Shown here one piece after another: positions 1 through 12,533 of a stretch of DNA of 64,000 nt (its first letter is position 1; every line of letters starts with the position of its first letter). The stretch comes from Camelus ferus. Lineage: Eukaryota. The position numbers and the translations under genes are program-made. The stretch spans positions 71,982,001 through 72,046,000 of the forward strand of contig NC_045705.1 in NCBI RefSeq assembly GCF_009834535.1. The letters are read 5' to 3'. The notes under the pieces were generated by a model. It saw only the letters and a list, made by a program, of their open reading frames with translations, ran no database searches and was not told where the DNA came from.

Positions 1-1045
1 TCAGAGGACTTCGCTGCTCCCATGAGGGGGCTCGGGTAGGCCCAGATGCTCTCTTGGAGGGAACTCTTTTTTTCCCTGTGTATCTCAGGGTGCCAGGATA
101 TGCAGGGCTCCTGGGACGGCCTGCCGGATGTCCGCCAAGCTGAAGGCAGCCCTGGGCAGGCACGGGTGTTGTGGTCAGACCCTGGGACATCAGGACCGGA
201 ACCTCCAGAACCACCCTCTTGAGGGACACCTCTGGGAACGTTCTTGAGGAGGACAGTAGCAGATTTGGCTTTTTTGTGCACTTCTGCCCCTTCAGCAAGG
301 CCACTCTTGGAGTCAGGACTCTGAAGGCCCATTTGTGCTGCCCAATGATGTGCCCCTCCCAGAAGTGGAGGTTCCCCAGGCCCGCCTTCACTGTTGTGTA
401 TTCTCAAGTTCACTGTGAAAATCTGGTCGTGGAGCAGGCCCAGAGCGGCCTCTGGGCGGGCAGATGCCAGGACGCCTCGGCAGGCCTCATCTCCTCTCCC
501 AGGCGTGGGGGTGGAGGGTGGAGGGTGGAGCAGCCTGGTGGGGAGGGGGGGCTTAGTCAGGGCCTCAAGTGGACTTAGACTCCCCTTCGGAGGGACCCTG
601 TCCTAATGGTCGATGTGGTGTGCTGCGTGTCACACCGAGCCGGCTTCGCAGGGAGCTGTGGGTGGCCTTGGGGGTGAGAACCAGTGGAGCGGACTTGCTG
701 CCACCGGTTGATGACTTATGTTGCGAGATCCTCAGTGAACCCTGCTGTTCTCAGCCAGCCCTTGAGGGCACTTCCACGCTGGGGGTGAGCAGACACTCTG
801 AGGTCAGCCCACCGACAGCCTGGCCCTGTGGAGCGACAGTGAGGATGGTGGCCCTCGACATCCCCCTGGCTGGGTGCTGCCTCAGCTCCAGGGAGCTGGC
901 CTGGCTTGGCTGGCCCTGGCCTGGCTTGGCTGGCCCTGCCCTGGCCTGGGGGAGCTGGGCCTCTCCACTCCTCAGCACATCTCACATAGTTTTCAAAGCA
1001 CAGTTTAAAACTCAGAAGTAAACTTTTCAGATTTGCTCCGTGATC
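1..1045 (+). ncRNA. MIR210HG: Probable 3' end of the MIR210 host lncRNA (miR-210 hairpin itself not in the window)
   Basis: Synteny only: it lies just beyond the RASSF7 3' end, on the same strand as LMNTD2 and HRAS. AGTAAA at 1017-1022 is followed by a GU/U-rich tract. No credible CDS. Confidence 0.3.
896..949. repeat. Short tandem repeat of CTGGC-like pentamers (20-bp unit, ~2.5 copies)
   Basis: ctggcctggcttggctggcc occurs twice, followed by a degenerate third copy. Confidence 0.8.
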
Positions 1046-3182
1046 TGATGCACTTCTGGCAACTTTGGGAGGTGTTGGGTTTTGTTCACCTGGAACAGTC
1101 ATAGGGGAAGAAAGTTCTGCCCCTTTCCCCACCCCAGAACACAGTGGTGGCCTGAGGATCCCCTCTGAGGTGGACAGGTCCCTGGCATTGGCTTTGGAAG
1201 GAAGAGGTGTTCCCTGAAAACATGCAAGAGACCAGGGTGTGCCAACTTCCCTTTGGGGGGGGTTGGGGACAGGGTGTGCATGACACTGGGAAGGGCGTGG
1301 GAGGGTGGTCCCTGGATGGCATCTGGCCCAGCCACTGATGGCCTGTGCTCAGCTTGGGAGATAACCCCCTGCTGAGACTCGGGGCTGGTGCCCAGAGGTA
1401 CATCCAACCCTGCTGAGCACAGGTTGGGGCTACAGGTCCCTTCGGACCTGGCAGTGATTGCTTCCAGTCCCCACTCTCCCACCCAGGGCGAGGCCCCATC
1501 AGTCTTTACACTCGAGGCTATACCCCGTGTGACCTGTGTTTGGCCCTATCTGGAGCCACGGGTCAGGCCGTTCCCAGCCCTTGGGTACAGGCTGCTGTGA
1601 GCTGGGCAGCGGGTTGGCACAGGAGTGTGGACAGGCACAGAACTGGGCTGGGGGCTTTGCAGAGGAAGCTGGGGAGGATTCCTCTGACACTAGATTCCTT
1701 TTGCCACTGGCCTGTGCAGCCACTCCTGTCCCTGCTCCATCTTAGGCAGTTGGTACCCAGTCCTGTTTACACCCATGAGCTGTGTACTCTTTGTGGTTTC
1801 CTTGCTCCTTGAGCTCAGGACTTTGTGTTCCCTCTGGGCCACCCCAAAGGAAGTGGGGAACACCAGGCCCAGCACAGGGGCCACTCCAGGAGGAGGTTGA
1901 GTTCATCCCAAAGTTGCCCACCCCCAAACTAAGCACGAAGATTCTGATGATTTAGGGTGCCCTACACTTTGTTCCTCAATATGCATGCTGCAACCCAGCC
2001 TCAGAGCCCCCCAGGTTCTGTCATCACAGAGATCTCCAGTCCAGCCACAGCTCTCAGAGCAGAGAGCCTGTGGCCCACCGAGGACCAGAAATGATGTGGA
2101 CCTCGCCCTGCCCCAATTCCAAGACTGCAGGCAGGCAGCACAGGCTTCGTGCCCACCTGGGGAATGGAGGTGGGGTGTCGGAACGGAGGTGGCCACACCC
2201 TCAAGGGGCCAGCAAAGCTCCCTGAGCTTGGCAGCCCCAGGACTCTGGGGCCTGCCCCCGCAAGCTCTCAAACTCAGGAAACCTGATGGACGGGTCTGGC
2301 ATGTCCTTGAGTCCTCAAATCTAGGAGCCACCCTAGAGGGAGCAGCAGTTGCCGCCGCTGGTGGGGAGCAGGCCAGGGAGGGGAAGCCAGGCAGGAAAGG
2401 GGTCCAGACAGAATCCCAGGTCATTGCTGTGGCTGCTTCAGCCCCCAGACCATCCCAACTTCAACCGCAGGCTCATGCTGCCAAGGAGAGCCCCACCCCC
2501 AAAAGAGGAAAGCTGCCCCTCTCCTCTGTGTGGATGGACACAGCAGCCTGAAATGCGACACCCTGGGAGCCCCAGCCTTGGACCCACTGACCACGGGTCC
2601 CTGGGAGACCCCTATCTCAGGACCCCTGGCTGTGGCCAGCCCCAGGCAGCTCAGGGTACTCCCCAGTGTCCCTGGAAGAGTCTTAAGTTCTAGACCCCAG
2701 AGACTCTGCCCAGTGCAGCCTCAGGACACACTCAAGCCATGTGGGGCAGTTTACTGAGGTTTTAGTGTTGGGGTAGGGAGACATCACACACACACATGTG
2801 GGGAAGGATACCTCCCACAGGTAAGCATGTACTCACACGGGTTCTGTGCACCTCCTGTCTCCAAAAAGGAGCTGTGGCCTTTGGGGCCTAGTGAGTTCTG
2901 AGCTGGCCGTGTCCCGTGCTTCTCTGAGGGTCTTGGCAGATTTGACAAGGACTAGGGTGAGAGTCCTCAGTCTCCCCCTGCCCCCTGTGGCAGAAATCCT
3001 AGGGCTCTGAGATGTCCTGTCTCAGACCCAGGGTACCGGGGCTTCCCACCACATGGGGGAAGGAGTCCTCTGCGACCACGGACTCTTCTTCTGTCGTCCA
3101 GGCTGGGCTGGCCTTGGCTGCCTTCGCTCATCAGAATCCAGGGCTGGGCTGGCAGTGGATGTCCAGTCTGGGGCAAGAGCTG

Positions 3183-4743
3183 CTACCTCCAGGAGTTCTG
3201 CCTCATGGGGGCAACTGTGGGGAGGACACAGGCTGAGAGGGCTGAGAGGGCCACAGGAGGGCCTCATCCCACCCAGAGATGGGGGGACAGACATACTCTC
3301 TGGGCTCAGACTGGACACTAGGGCAGGACTCCGGGGGGGTCCTGTGAGGGGCTCTTCTCTGGCTGGAGGCAGAAGATCCTGTGGGGAGAGCAAGTCAGCT
3401 TGGAGCTGGGCCAGGCTCCCCACCGACCTGGCCTCCCTCCAGTACTGCTCTGACCTGCGTGCTGAGGGGAACCCCGTCCGGCCGTGGGGGCGGTGGCAGT
3501 GCAGCCCCTGTCTGCTGGATGAACTGCTGCAGGTCACACTGACGGAGCTCCCGGTTCAGCTCCTCCAGTTCCTGGGCCTGGGCCTGGGGCATATGGGACC
3601 CTCAGGGACTTGCCCAGGGAGCTCCACAGCCTTGTGCCCTCCCACATCCCCCAGAGACTGACATCCAAGTCCAGCCATGTATCAGGGAAACTGGCAGGGG
3701 TGTGGGGTCCAGTGGGCTCACCTGCAGCGCATGCTCGGCGGCCTCCAGTGCCCGGCCCACCAGGACAAGGCTGCCCTGCACCTCCACTCTCTGCCGCTCC
3801 TGGGCTGCTAGGTCCTGACGCAGGCGTTCCGAGGCAGACACCGTGGGTGAGGGGGGCCCAGGGGTCTCTGCCACCAGTTGCAACTCAGCCTCCAGGGCAC
3901 GGGCCTGGGCATCCAGGGCCTGCAGGCGGGCGGCATGCTCGGCAGTGGCTACACTCAGCGCCTGCAGGCGTGCCTGCCCCTCACGCTCGCGGGCTTCCTC
4001 ACGCCGCAGCTCCTGCTCCCAGAAGGCCTCCTGGCCCAGCTCTGCTGCATTCCTCCGCACCCTTTGCTCCAAGCCCTGTAGATCTGTGCAGCAACCTGGC
4101 AGTGATTCTACGGGGGCCACAGGCTCGGGTGCCACAGGGCCGGGGGCCAGGCCAGGGCACCCCAGGCTGAAGGTCAGCGCTTTGCGGGGTTCACGGTCCA
4201 GTGCTGGTCGAGGTTTCGGGGGGAGACTGGCTCGGATTGGGCAGCGCTCAGGGGGCGGGCAGTTGTCTGAGGAGGGCCTCCCAGCAAGGCTGGGCCCTGT
4301 GCGCCTCAGGACAAACTGGACATCGCTGGCAAACTGTCCACAGGTAGCCTGGGCACCCACTGGGCACTCCTGGGGTAGCAGCTGCCGTTCCTTCTCTCTG
4401 AGGCGCTGCACCAGCACAAAGCGGCCTGTCTGGCCTAGGGTAGGAGGAGGTGTCAGTCAGCCCATATCCCCTACCCTCTGTCCACCTGGCTTGAGCAGCT
4501 GGGGTCGGGGGGCAAGAGGGATGAGCGCCAGCCCCAGCCTCCTTGGGGGAAGAAGGGCCAGAGGGTCAGGCCCCACCCCCAGTGCACCTGCTGGGCCCAT
4601 CTGGGACTCAGGGCCTCACCTATTGCTTGGGCTAGCGCGATGACCACTTCCTGGCAGGTGGTCTGCTCTGAAACTCCACAGACCACGCGCTGGATGCCGT
4701 CCACCCACACCTTCAGCTCCATGGCTGCCAGCCCTGAGAGCAT
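3183..4743 (-). CDS. RASSF7: Ras association domain family member 7 (359 aa, 5 coding exons)
   Basis: Exons 4620-4743, 3722-4434, 3455-3583, 3297-3378, 3183-3214, all GT-AG, total 1080 nt. N-terminal RA domain [59 protein letters not shown], a coiled coil, and C-terminus [10 protein letters not shown]. Confidence 0.96.
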
Positions 4744-4949
4744 CCCTGTCCTGCAGGGAGGGCGAAGGCCACAGGGTCAGGCCCTGCCTGGCCCCAACAC
4801 AGCCTGGCTCCTCTTTTCCTCTTCCAGGACTGCTTCTCACCCCCAGAACTGGCTCAGGACTGCTGCCCCTCAGCGTCCGGTGCCCAGCCCCACCCGCAGG
4901 CCGCACATTCCTGGGGGTGGGGTAGTAAAGACCCGCGCGTCCCCCAAAA

Positions 4950-5820
4950 GCGGCGAAGCAGTGTGCCCTCGCGCAGGGCTCAGAGGCTTCCCTACTCCCA
5001 AGCCTGCTCTCGCCCCGCCCCACTCCCGGAACAGGGCGAGTTATTAACCAGACCTGGTCACCTGGCTCGTAAGGCACAGCCCCTCCCGCGGGGCGCCCGC
5101 GCGCAGACCTCGGCCCTTGGGACAGACCGCACCCGGCGCGGGCGGCCCCTCCCCACTCCCGCCCGTCCCCGGGCTCGTTCGCGAGGCCGCCGTCCCGGCC
5201 CGCGGCGGTGCAGGTGCGGCGCGGCCTCGGCGCCGGCCCGGCTTGCGCCCTGCCGTCGGAGTTGCCGTCCCGGGCTGCGCCTTGCGTTCTAGAGGCTCTG
5301 GGGCCCGGCGCGGCTCACCTAGGCTCACCTAGGCGCTCGAGGGGCGCCGGAACTCAGGAACCAGCCGGCCGCTGCCGGGAGCCCGGCGCCGCCGCAACCT
5401 GCCGCCTCCAGTGCCGCGGGAGCGCCCCGGCCCGCCGCCCCATTGGCCCACAGCCCGTGTGCCCCGCCCCGCAAGCACCCATTGGCTCCTCGGCGCGCAT
5501 GGCCCGCCCCTCGCCAGCACCCATTAGCCACCTTCTCTGAGTCTCGCCCCTGGCCCTCCCTATTGGCTCCCCGCCCGCCCCGCCCCCGGAGGCTCCCAGG
5601 TGTGGGCGGGGCTCGGCAGCCAGGAGGGGCGGCAAGAGCCCGGGTCCACGCACGCCCCAATCACGCAAACAACGCGGAAGCTCGTCCAGGCCCGCGGTCC
5701 CAGGCAGAGCGTGGGGCAGGTGTCTGGCGCCGCGCTCCCGGGCCGACTTCCGCAGATGCCGCCAAGTCTGATGAGTCTCTCGCCTAGACAGGAGGCGCTG
5801 GCCAGCGTCCAGAGGAGCAG
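4950..5820. promoter_or_regulatory. CpG island / divergent promoter between RASSF7 and LMNTD2, including the RASSF7 non-coding first exon
   Basis: Dense CpG and GC boxes; CCAAT boxes near 5441, 5481, 5562 (ATTGG) and 5657 (CCAAT); minus-strand splice donor(s) at ~5312-5331. Confidence 0.85.
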
Positions 5821-7250
5821 CGGGGCCACAGCCTCCCCACCCCCTGTTAGACCCAGGTCGGACGCACAGGGGTCGGGGGGCGGGGCTCATAGCTGGAGGG
5901 AGTGGAGCTGGTTGGCCACCGGCCACTCTGGCTGCGGCCAGACTGACAGTTCTTTTGGGGGAAGGGGCCGACCTGAGGTTGCCTGGGACAAAGGCCCTGG
6001 GCTCTTTTGTGTGAGGCTCCTTTCTCCCACCAATTCCTGCCCCCAGTGGGGCCCAATGCCTGCCCGAGTGTGGACACACCCCTCTGCCCCGCCGGCCAGT
6101 CCGGCTGTTCCATCGGGAGAACCCAAGTCAGCACCACCGCCAGAGTCTCTCACAGTTTCTATGCTACCTGTGTGGAAGAGCAGCAAAGGCCTTCAGAGCC
6201 TGTCTGCCCCAATCACACTGGGCCACAAGGGCATCTTTCCACCACAAGCCCGACAAGAGCAGAGGCTGAAAGCCTGAACAAATGAATGGTGAATGAATGA
6301 AGATGGGGTGGGGTGGGGCAAAGCAGGAGGGCATGGGTCTTGTGGATCATGTCCGGTGCCTTACTTTTGACCTGGGCGGAGGGAACCATGATCATCATTA
6401 TATGTGTCCCCAGGGTCCCCTGCAGTGGCTTAGGTGATGGAGGCAGGGGAGAAGGTGAGGCTTCTGTCTTGGGCCTAAGTAAATGGGGGCCCATTGTTGG
6501 GTAGCACTCAGCAGGGCCCTCTCCCAGGTTCTCTGGGATCTCCCCTGGTTCCTCCTCCCCACCCCACCCCCTCAGTCAGCTCAGGCCCCAGTGAGGTCCA
6601 CGTGCCCTGGAGTGCCATCCACTGACTTGTGGACACACTCACAGGGCAGCAATGCCGATAATAGCCACCGACTGCCATACCAGGCTGGAGAGGGACTGTG
6701 GGAGCCTCCCCCAGGGTTGGTTGGGGGTGTTGTGCTGAGTGGGTGACCATGGCAGGCCGTGTTAGTCACTCTGTGTCCTCTGGGCCTGCTGAGGTTAGCT
6801 GGGCAGTAGCTCGACCTCTCACAGCTGCTCCTTCAGGCTGGACCAGGAGGTGGGCCCAGGGTTCACTTGGGGCCCTGGTCTGGTGTCGCCCAGGAAGCTC
6901 CTGGTAACAAACAGCCCCTCCCCTCTGAGTGCTAGTATCCATGGCAACACTGCGGAGCCTTTCTCTCCCCAAGCCTGCTTGGATTTCAGGCCTCAGGTGA
7001 ATGTTGTGGGAGGACCCTGGGTCTGACTGGCAGAGGACTAGCACCTCTGGGGGCCCTTGCTCTAGGCCGAGGGGTAGGAGCTTGGGCCCTAGAGGGCCAG
7101 GGTGACAGGGAGGAGACAACAGGGAATGTGTGAATACCCAGGTGACATGGAGCCTGGTGGGGGGTGACCTGCTGTCCTGGCCTGGTCAGAAACATGCAGA
7201 TGTGGACACCCACGTAACTGGCAGTTTGCTGTCCCGTGGGGCGCACACGC

Positions 7251-7278
7251 GCGCACGCACACACACACACACGCACAC
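7251..7278. repeat. (CA)n/(CG)n alternating purine-pyrimidine microsatellite
   Basis: gcgcacacgcgcgcacgcacacacacacacacgcac. Confidence 0.85.
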
Positions 7279-7435
7279 CCCTTCTTGGAGGGTGATGCCC
7301 TGTGAGCCAGCGGCACCCTTTGGGGCTGTCGTACACACACATGTGTAAGGAGAGCCCTGCAGGGGTGCCCACACACAGGACGCAGGGCAGACAGCCCCAC
7401 CACCCCTCCTCTCAGCTCCCCCAAGAACATCAAGA

Positions 7436-10400
7436 ATGGCCCCCGAGTCTTGTCAGGAGGCTGAAGGAGCCGAGAAGGAGGCTCTCCCAGTCCTGGTGGA
7501 CCGAGAACCTGTCAGTGGCCACATAGGGCCTCCAGCTGGTGCACCTGCTGACCCGGTGGCTCCTGCGCACCCTCAGGACACCAAGTGTAGGGTGGTCTTC
7601 TCCATCAACCTGCAGTAAGGAGGGGAGGGGGTGGTCAGCCACTCGGGCCAGGCCAGCCAGAGAGCAGGGTCCGATCAAGAGGAAGGGGCGCTGGCATTCC
7701 AGGTTGGCCCCGGAGTCCCTGGACCCGCACACTCTGCGGCTGCTGTGGGGGCAGCGGGAGCTGGAGATCCAGGCCCTGCGGTGGGCCATCCAGAACCCCC
7801 GGAATGGCCGGCACTACCATATCCTGCGGGAGGTGGCTGGGCTTCCACCTGAGAGGTCAGCAGTGAAGCCCTAGTCCTCCGGCCCCACCCAGTCCCTGCC
7901 CTGGCCCAACTCCTGGTTTATGTCTGACTCCAACCTCAACTGCTGAGCCCCACTCCAGCCTGACCCCAGCCCAGACCTGGACTCTAGCCCCAGTCCTTAC
8001 CTGACCGTAATCCCCAACCTAATCCTGAAGAAGTCACTATACTGTAAACCCACCTAGACCCGAACTCTGAGCATTTCGGTGGGTACTAAACCCAACCTAG
8101 ACTCCACCTCCGACTCAGACCTCTTCAGAGTCTGACAGCTTGACCCAGTCACAGTCTGTGCCCTCAGAACCCTAATGACAGTGAGGAGGAGTTCCTCCTT
8201 CTCTCCTCCTTGGCTGCTGGGGGGGCGGGGGGTGGCCGCTGAGATTGCCCCTTCCCCCAGGAGCTCACGCAGTCAGGAAAAGTTCCTGCAAAATCAGGTC
8301 CAAAAGCTGACTCTGCAGTTGAAAGGGCAGAAGGAACAGGCCCAGCTGGTAAGGGCTGTAGGGGAATCCAGGGCTTGGGCATGGGACCCAAGCTGGGGTG
8401 AGGGTCTGGGGCCAGGCAGGGGTAGCCTTGGGGGCCAGGGTCTGGAGAAGGCCCCGCCCACCGACGGGCTGTCCTGGAGCAGGAGAAGGCACGCCTGGAG
8501 GAGCGGCTGCTGCAGATGCGAAACACGCTGCAGCAGATGGAGGCCGAGTTGCAGGCCCTCCGGAAGTCCTGCCTCCTGCAGCTGGCCCGCTCCTCCTGGG
8601 TGGGCCGCATACTGAGATCTTCAACGGGCAGTGTGGAGGTGAGCCTGTGCCCCTGGGGCCCTGCCCTACTCAGCCCGCCCTCCTTGGTTTTCCCTGGGAC
8701 AGCCGGCATGTCTCCTTCAGACTGGTGCTGCTGGGGGGCCCTGGCTGGTCTGGGAGTGGGAGGAACTACAAGCCCTGTGGTCCCACCCACCTGACACTTG
8801 GCAATTGTGTGCCTCAGGTGCTAGTGAGGTCAAAGTGGAGAGTTGTGCTGGGTGGAGGGGTGCCCTTTCCCCCAAGCCCCTGCTCAGTGGCCTCCTGTCC
8901 CCTTTTGCAGGTGGTGACTGCAGAGACCCTGATGGACCCCAGCGACCTCTCTGAGAGCGATCAGGCCCCCACTGCTGGGGAGGTAAGCAAGCCCTCCAAG
9001 TGTGTTCATGGCTCTGCCATCCTGTGGGGGCAGGGGGGGCAGTGCCACATATCTGTTGCTTTTTGGCCAGAGTTTCCGGCTGGAGGATGTGGACTGGAAC
9101 AGCATCGCTCACCAGTACCCCAACCTCTTCACCAACATCGAGTCCAACTCAGATCAAAAGTAACTGCACTGTGTGGGGACCCCCCAGGGGCAAGGAGAGG
9201 GCTTGCTTTGGCAGGTGTTGCTTTGGCACAATCCCAGTTCTACCCTTTAGTGTCCCTGGACAGGTCACTTAAACCTTCCAAGCATCATTCTCTGAGCTGT
9301 ATGATGGGTTAGGGATGAAGAGAAAAGGCTCTGGGGCCATCTCTGTCCAGCCATGAGCCCTTTCCCCATGCAAGGTCCTCAGGATAGGGACCACAGCTTG
9401 GTGTGCTCTGCCCACCTTGGGGAGGTTGGGTGGGGGTGGGCTGGTGTCCAGGAGCCAGAGCCGTGGACAGCGAGCTGATCTTGGCCCACAGGCGCCCTTG
9501 GGCCCCACCGCCCCCACAGCTCCCACCAGCCACACTATCTGACCAGCGGAGCTCGGAGCTGTGCTGTCGGCGCAGGGAACAGCGTCTCAAGAGTGTACAG
9601 TGGAGCTCCCTGCCCTTGGTTGGCACCAGCAGTTCAGGGAGCACTGGCTCCGAATCCAGTAGCTGCCAGCTGGCTGCGTGTAATTGCGTGCAGAAAGTGA
9701 CAGGCGACCATCCCCAGGCACCAGGCTGCACTTCTGAGCAGATGGAAGCACAGGCATGGAGCCTCTGCGAGGACAGTCAGGCAATATCTGAAGGTGAAGT
9801 GGGATGGGTCTCCTCTGGTGGCTCCCCCCTCCCCAGGCCTGTGATTTCTGCCCAAAGCTATAAAGGACATCCCCCAGCCTCCAGGCCTTCATAGTAGCCA
9901 GGTGCCAGGCAGTCGAGGGCCTCTCCAGCCCCATCCCTAGGGGTTAGGGTGGTCTTGGAGGGCTCCTGCCATTGCCTTGGTGCTCTGGCTCAAATCCATC
10001 CCCCCCCCCCACCAACAAGTACAGCAAGCTACGTCTCTGCTTCCGTCAGCCACCATGGTCCAGCTATCCCTCCTGCCCAGGATCTGACCCCCCAGCACTG
10101 CTCTTCTGCCGCCTGGACCCTCAGGGTGCTGCAGGCCAGGTGTGGCCTCACAGGAGATGTCCCCAGTGGATGCTCCATTGGGGCGGTCCCCCTCCCCCTC
10201 CCGGACAGGCCTTCTCTCTGCAGATCTCCGGAAAACCCACTGGGGCCAGCAGGGCAAGACAGTCCAGGTGCTGGAGTCCAGTGAGGATCCCCACCCCCAG
10301 GAGACCGGGCGCTGTCTCAGGTGAGAAGGGGACCCCGCCCACCTCCAGGCGCTGGGAAGCGGGTCTCCTAGCGGGACCAGGGCTGGAGTGGCCAAACTTC

Positions 10401-11781
10401 TCTGCACGGTGCTGCTGCCCCAGCCCCACCGGCTCCTGCCTGAAGATCGTGGCCGTGAGCCGCCGCCAGAGGTTCGTGCGCATCCTCAACCAGTCGCTGG
10501 AGGAGACTGCCGACCTGAGCGGCTTCGTGCTGCGGCAGCTGGTGCGCGACTTCCCTGTGTGCATGTACCGCTTCCCGCCTGGCACCCTGCTGGCGCCACA
10601 GCACCACGTCACGGTGCGTTCGGCTCCTCACGCCCTTCGCGGCCCCGCCCCGGCCCCCGCCGCCCCTCACCCGCCGCCCGCGCCCTTCCCAGGTGTGGGG
10701 CGAGGCGCCCGGCAGCACCAAGCAACAGCCGTCCTCCTCCTTCGGCCGGGAGCCCGTCCGCTTCCACTCCAGCCGGGGCTGCGTGACCCTCCTTCTGAAC
10801 CTCCAAGGCGAGGTCAGTGCGGATCCCGCGAGGACAGGGTTGGCCTTGCGGGGTAGGGGTGACCACCATGCCCTCATGGCCCCGCAGGTCCTCAGCGAGC
10901 ACCAGGCTCCGCACTGCGGGCCCCCCGTCTCGAAGGTCTTCGCCGACAACACCGACTTGTCCATCGACCGTTTTCCGCTCTTGGAGGCCAGGCCTGGTGC
11001 CGACTTCGTCGGGCAACGGCTCCAGCCTCGACCCCCGCGAAAGGGCCGGGCGCGGGAGGCCCGGGCCGGGCGCCAGAAGTCGGTGTGGGGACCTTGGGTT
11101 CCTCGGTCCGTGCCTCCCCCACAGGCCCCGATCAGCAAAGACCCCACCCCACTGCTAGGCCCGTTCCTGACCTCTCCGGGCCCCCCACCTCCCCAAGTCC
11201 CGCCCCTCCAGGCCCACCCTTTCCCGCGGGTGGTCTCTGTCCCTCACCACCCCTTCTCCCCTCCCCAGGACCCGGGTCCAGCTGCCAAGCTTGAGCACCA
11301 GCAAGCTCTTCTGCCAGCGGCAGGTGTCAGTGCGACCTGAGGGCGCCGAGACCCACCTAGAGCTCCTGCCCGCCATCCTCGGTGAGGGCGCCGGGGGTTA
11401 GGGACGTGGAGAGGGGGCGGACAGCGAGGAGGGGGCGCCGGCGACGACCCCACCCCATCACTGTCCTGCGCAGAGGCGAAGCCGGGCCTCGATGATGGCC
11501 AGGCTAGGAAGGAATGCAAGGTCCGGGTGAGTGCGGACGCGGGGGTCCCGGCAGCCCCGGCCCCTCCCTCGTCCTACAGGCCCCGGCCCCTCCCTCGTCC
11601 TACAGGCCCCGCCCCCGCCCAGGACGCCTCTCAGGCTCCGCCCCCCCAGGTGTGCCGGAAGAGCGTGGACCGCGGCTGTCCCATGGTGGCGCTGTCGGTG
11701 CAGAGCACCGCCGAGAGCAGGTTCGGCTTCCGCTTCCTCAGCTGCCCACCCATCATCGCGGACGCCGGCTGGCCGGTGTAA
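7436..11781 (+). CDS. LMNTD2: Lamin tail domain-containing protein 2 (644 aa, 14 coding exons)
   Basis: Exons 7436-7614, 7703-7855, 8261-8348, 8483-8638, 8911-8982, 9071-9159, 9492-9793, 10224-10320, 10424-10613, 10693-10812, 10888-11078, 11269-11381, 11474-11526, 11650-11781; total 1935 nt, in frame. Motifs match recalled LMNTD2: ESLDPHTLRLLWGQRELEIQALRWAIQN, KSCLLQLARSSWVGR, the LTD LKIVAVSRRQRFVRILNQSLEETADLSG...YRFPPGTLLAP, and VCRKSVDRGCPMVALSVQSTAESRFGFRFLSC. The start codon and the donor at 11078 are inferred. Confidence 0.93.
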
Positions 11782-12533
11782 GGCCGGTGGGGAGCGGCCG
11801 TCCAGGCGACTGGCTCCCCCCAGCCGTCTCCGTGACTGCAGGGCAGGGTGGTCCGGGAAGAAAGCGCCGAAGGCCGGCGATGCTGGCTGCATAATTTATT
11901 GAATCAACACCGCCTCCCAAGTAAACTACATTTCTGTACCTGAGTCGAAAACGATTCCCTTGGTTTCCGGGTGTCCTGCCCCAAGAGGAGGGAACTGGCT
12001 ACCCCATCCCCGCGGGAGAACCCACAAGTCCACCAGGATGGGAGATCTGGCTGCACCCTGGTTTGCCTGGGGCAAGCGCCTCCACTCAGGACCACAGCAG
12101 CCTGAGCGTGGCTCAGAGCCCTGGGGCAGCTGGAGGGCTGGCCAGGAAATGGACAGGGCCCAGCTCCAACCATCTCGGTCTGGGCCCAACCTTCCCTCTT
12201 CTAGGCCTGTTCCTCTTAGGAAGGCCAGGCCACACGGAAGGAGTGGGTAGCTGGGCCAGCAGTAGGGCATTGGGCTGTCCTGTCCTGGGCTCTCCCTCTG
12301 CCCACCCCCTGGCAGTCCCAACTCCTGACTTCACTCCAAGAGGATCCTCTCCTGTGCTAGGTCCACTCCCCACCCCCTCCAGCACACTTCCCCAGATGCT
12401 CTGCAAGCTGTGAGGCTAGAGTTCAAGTGGGTGCTCCCATGACCACAGTGGGACCTCTTGACCAGCCCCCAGGCCAGCCTGGCAGTAGGTGGGAGTTTCC
12501 AGTGGGGGTGGGATTGGGCCGGGGTGATGAGGT

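Noticed and set aside
1-1100. miR-210 precursor
   Set aside because: Expected nearby by synteny, but I found no CTGTGCGTGTGACAGCGGCTGA match; gctgcgtgtcacacc near 625 is only superficially similar.
3843-4643. 266-aa plus-strand ORF, and similar long ORFs at 9972-10856, 10368-11147, 8398-9312, 5354-6079 and 30655-31281
   Set aside because: These are antisense or off-frame shadows of real exons, or stop-poor GC-rich/CpG-island sequence, with no recognisable domain.
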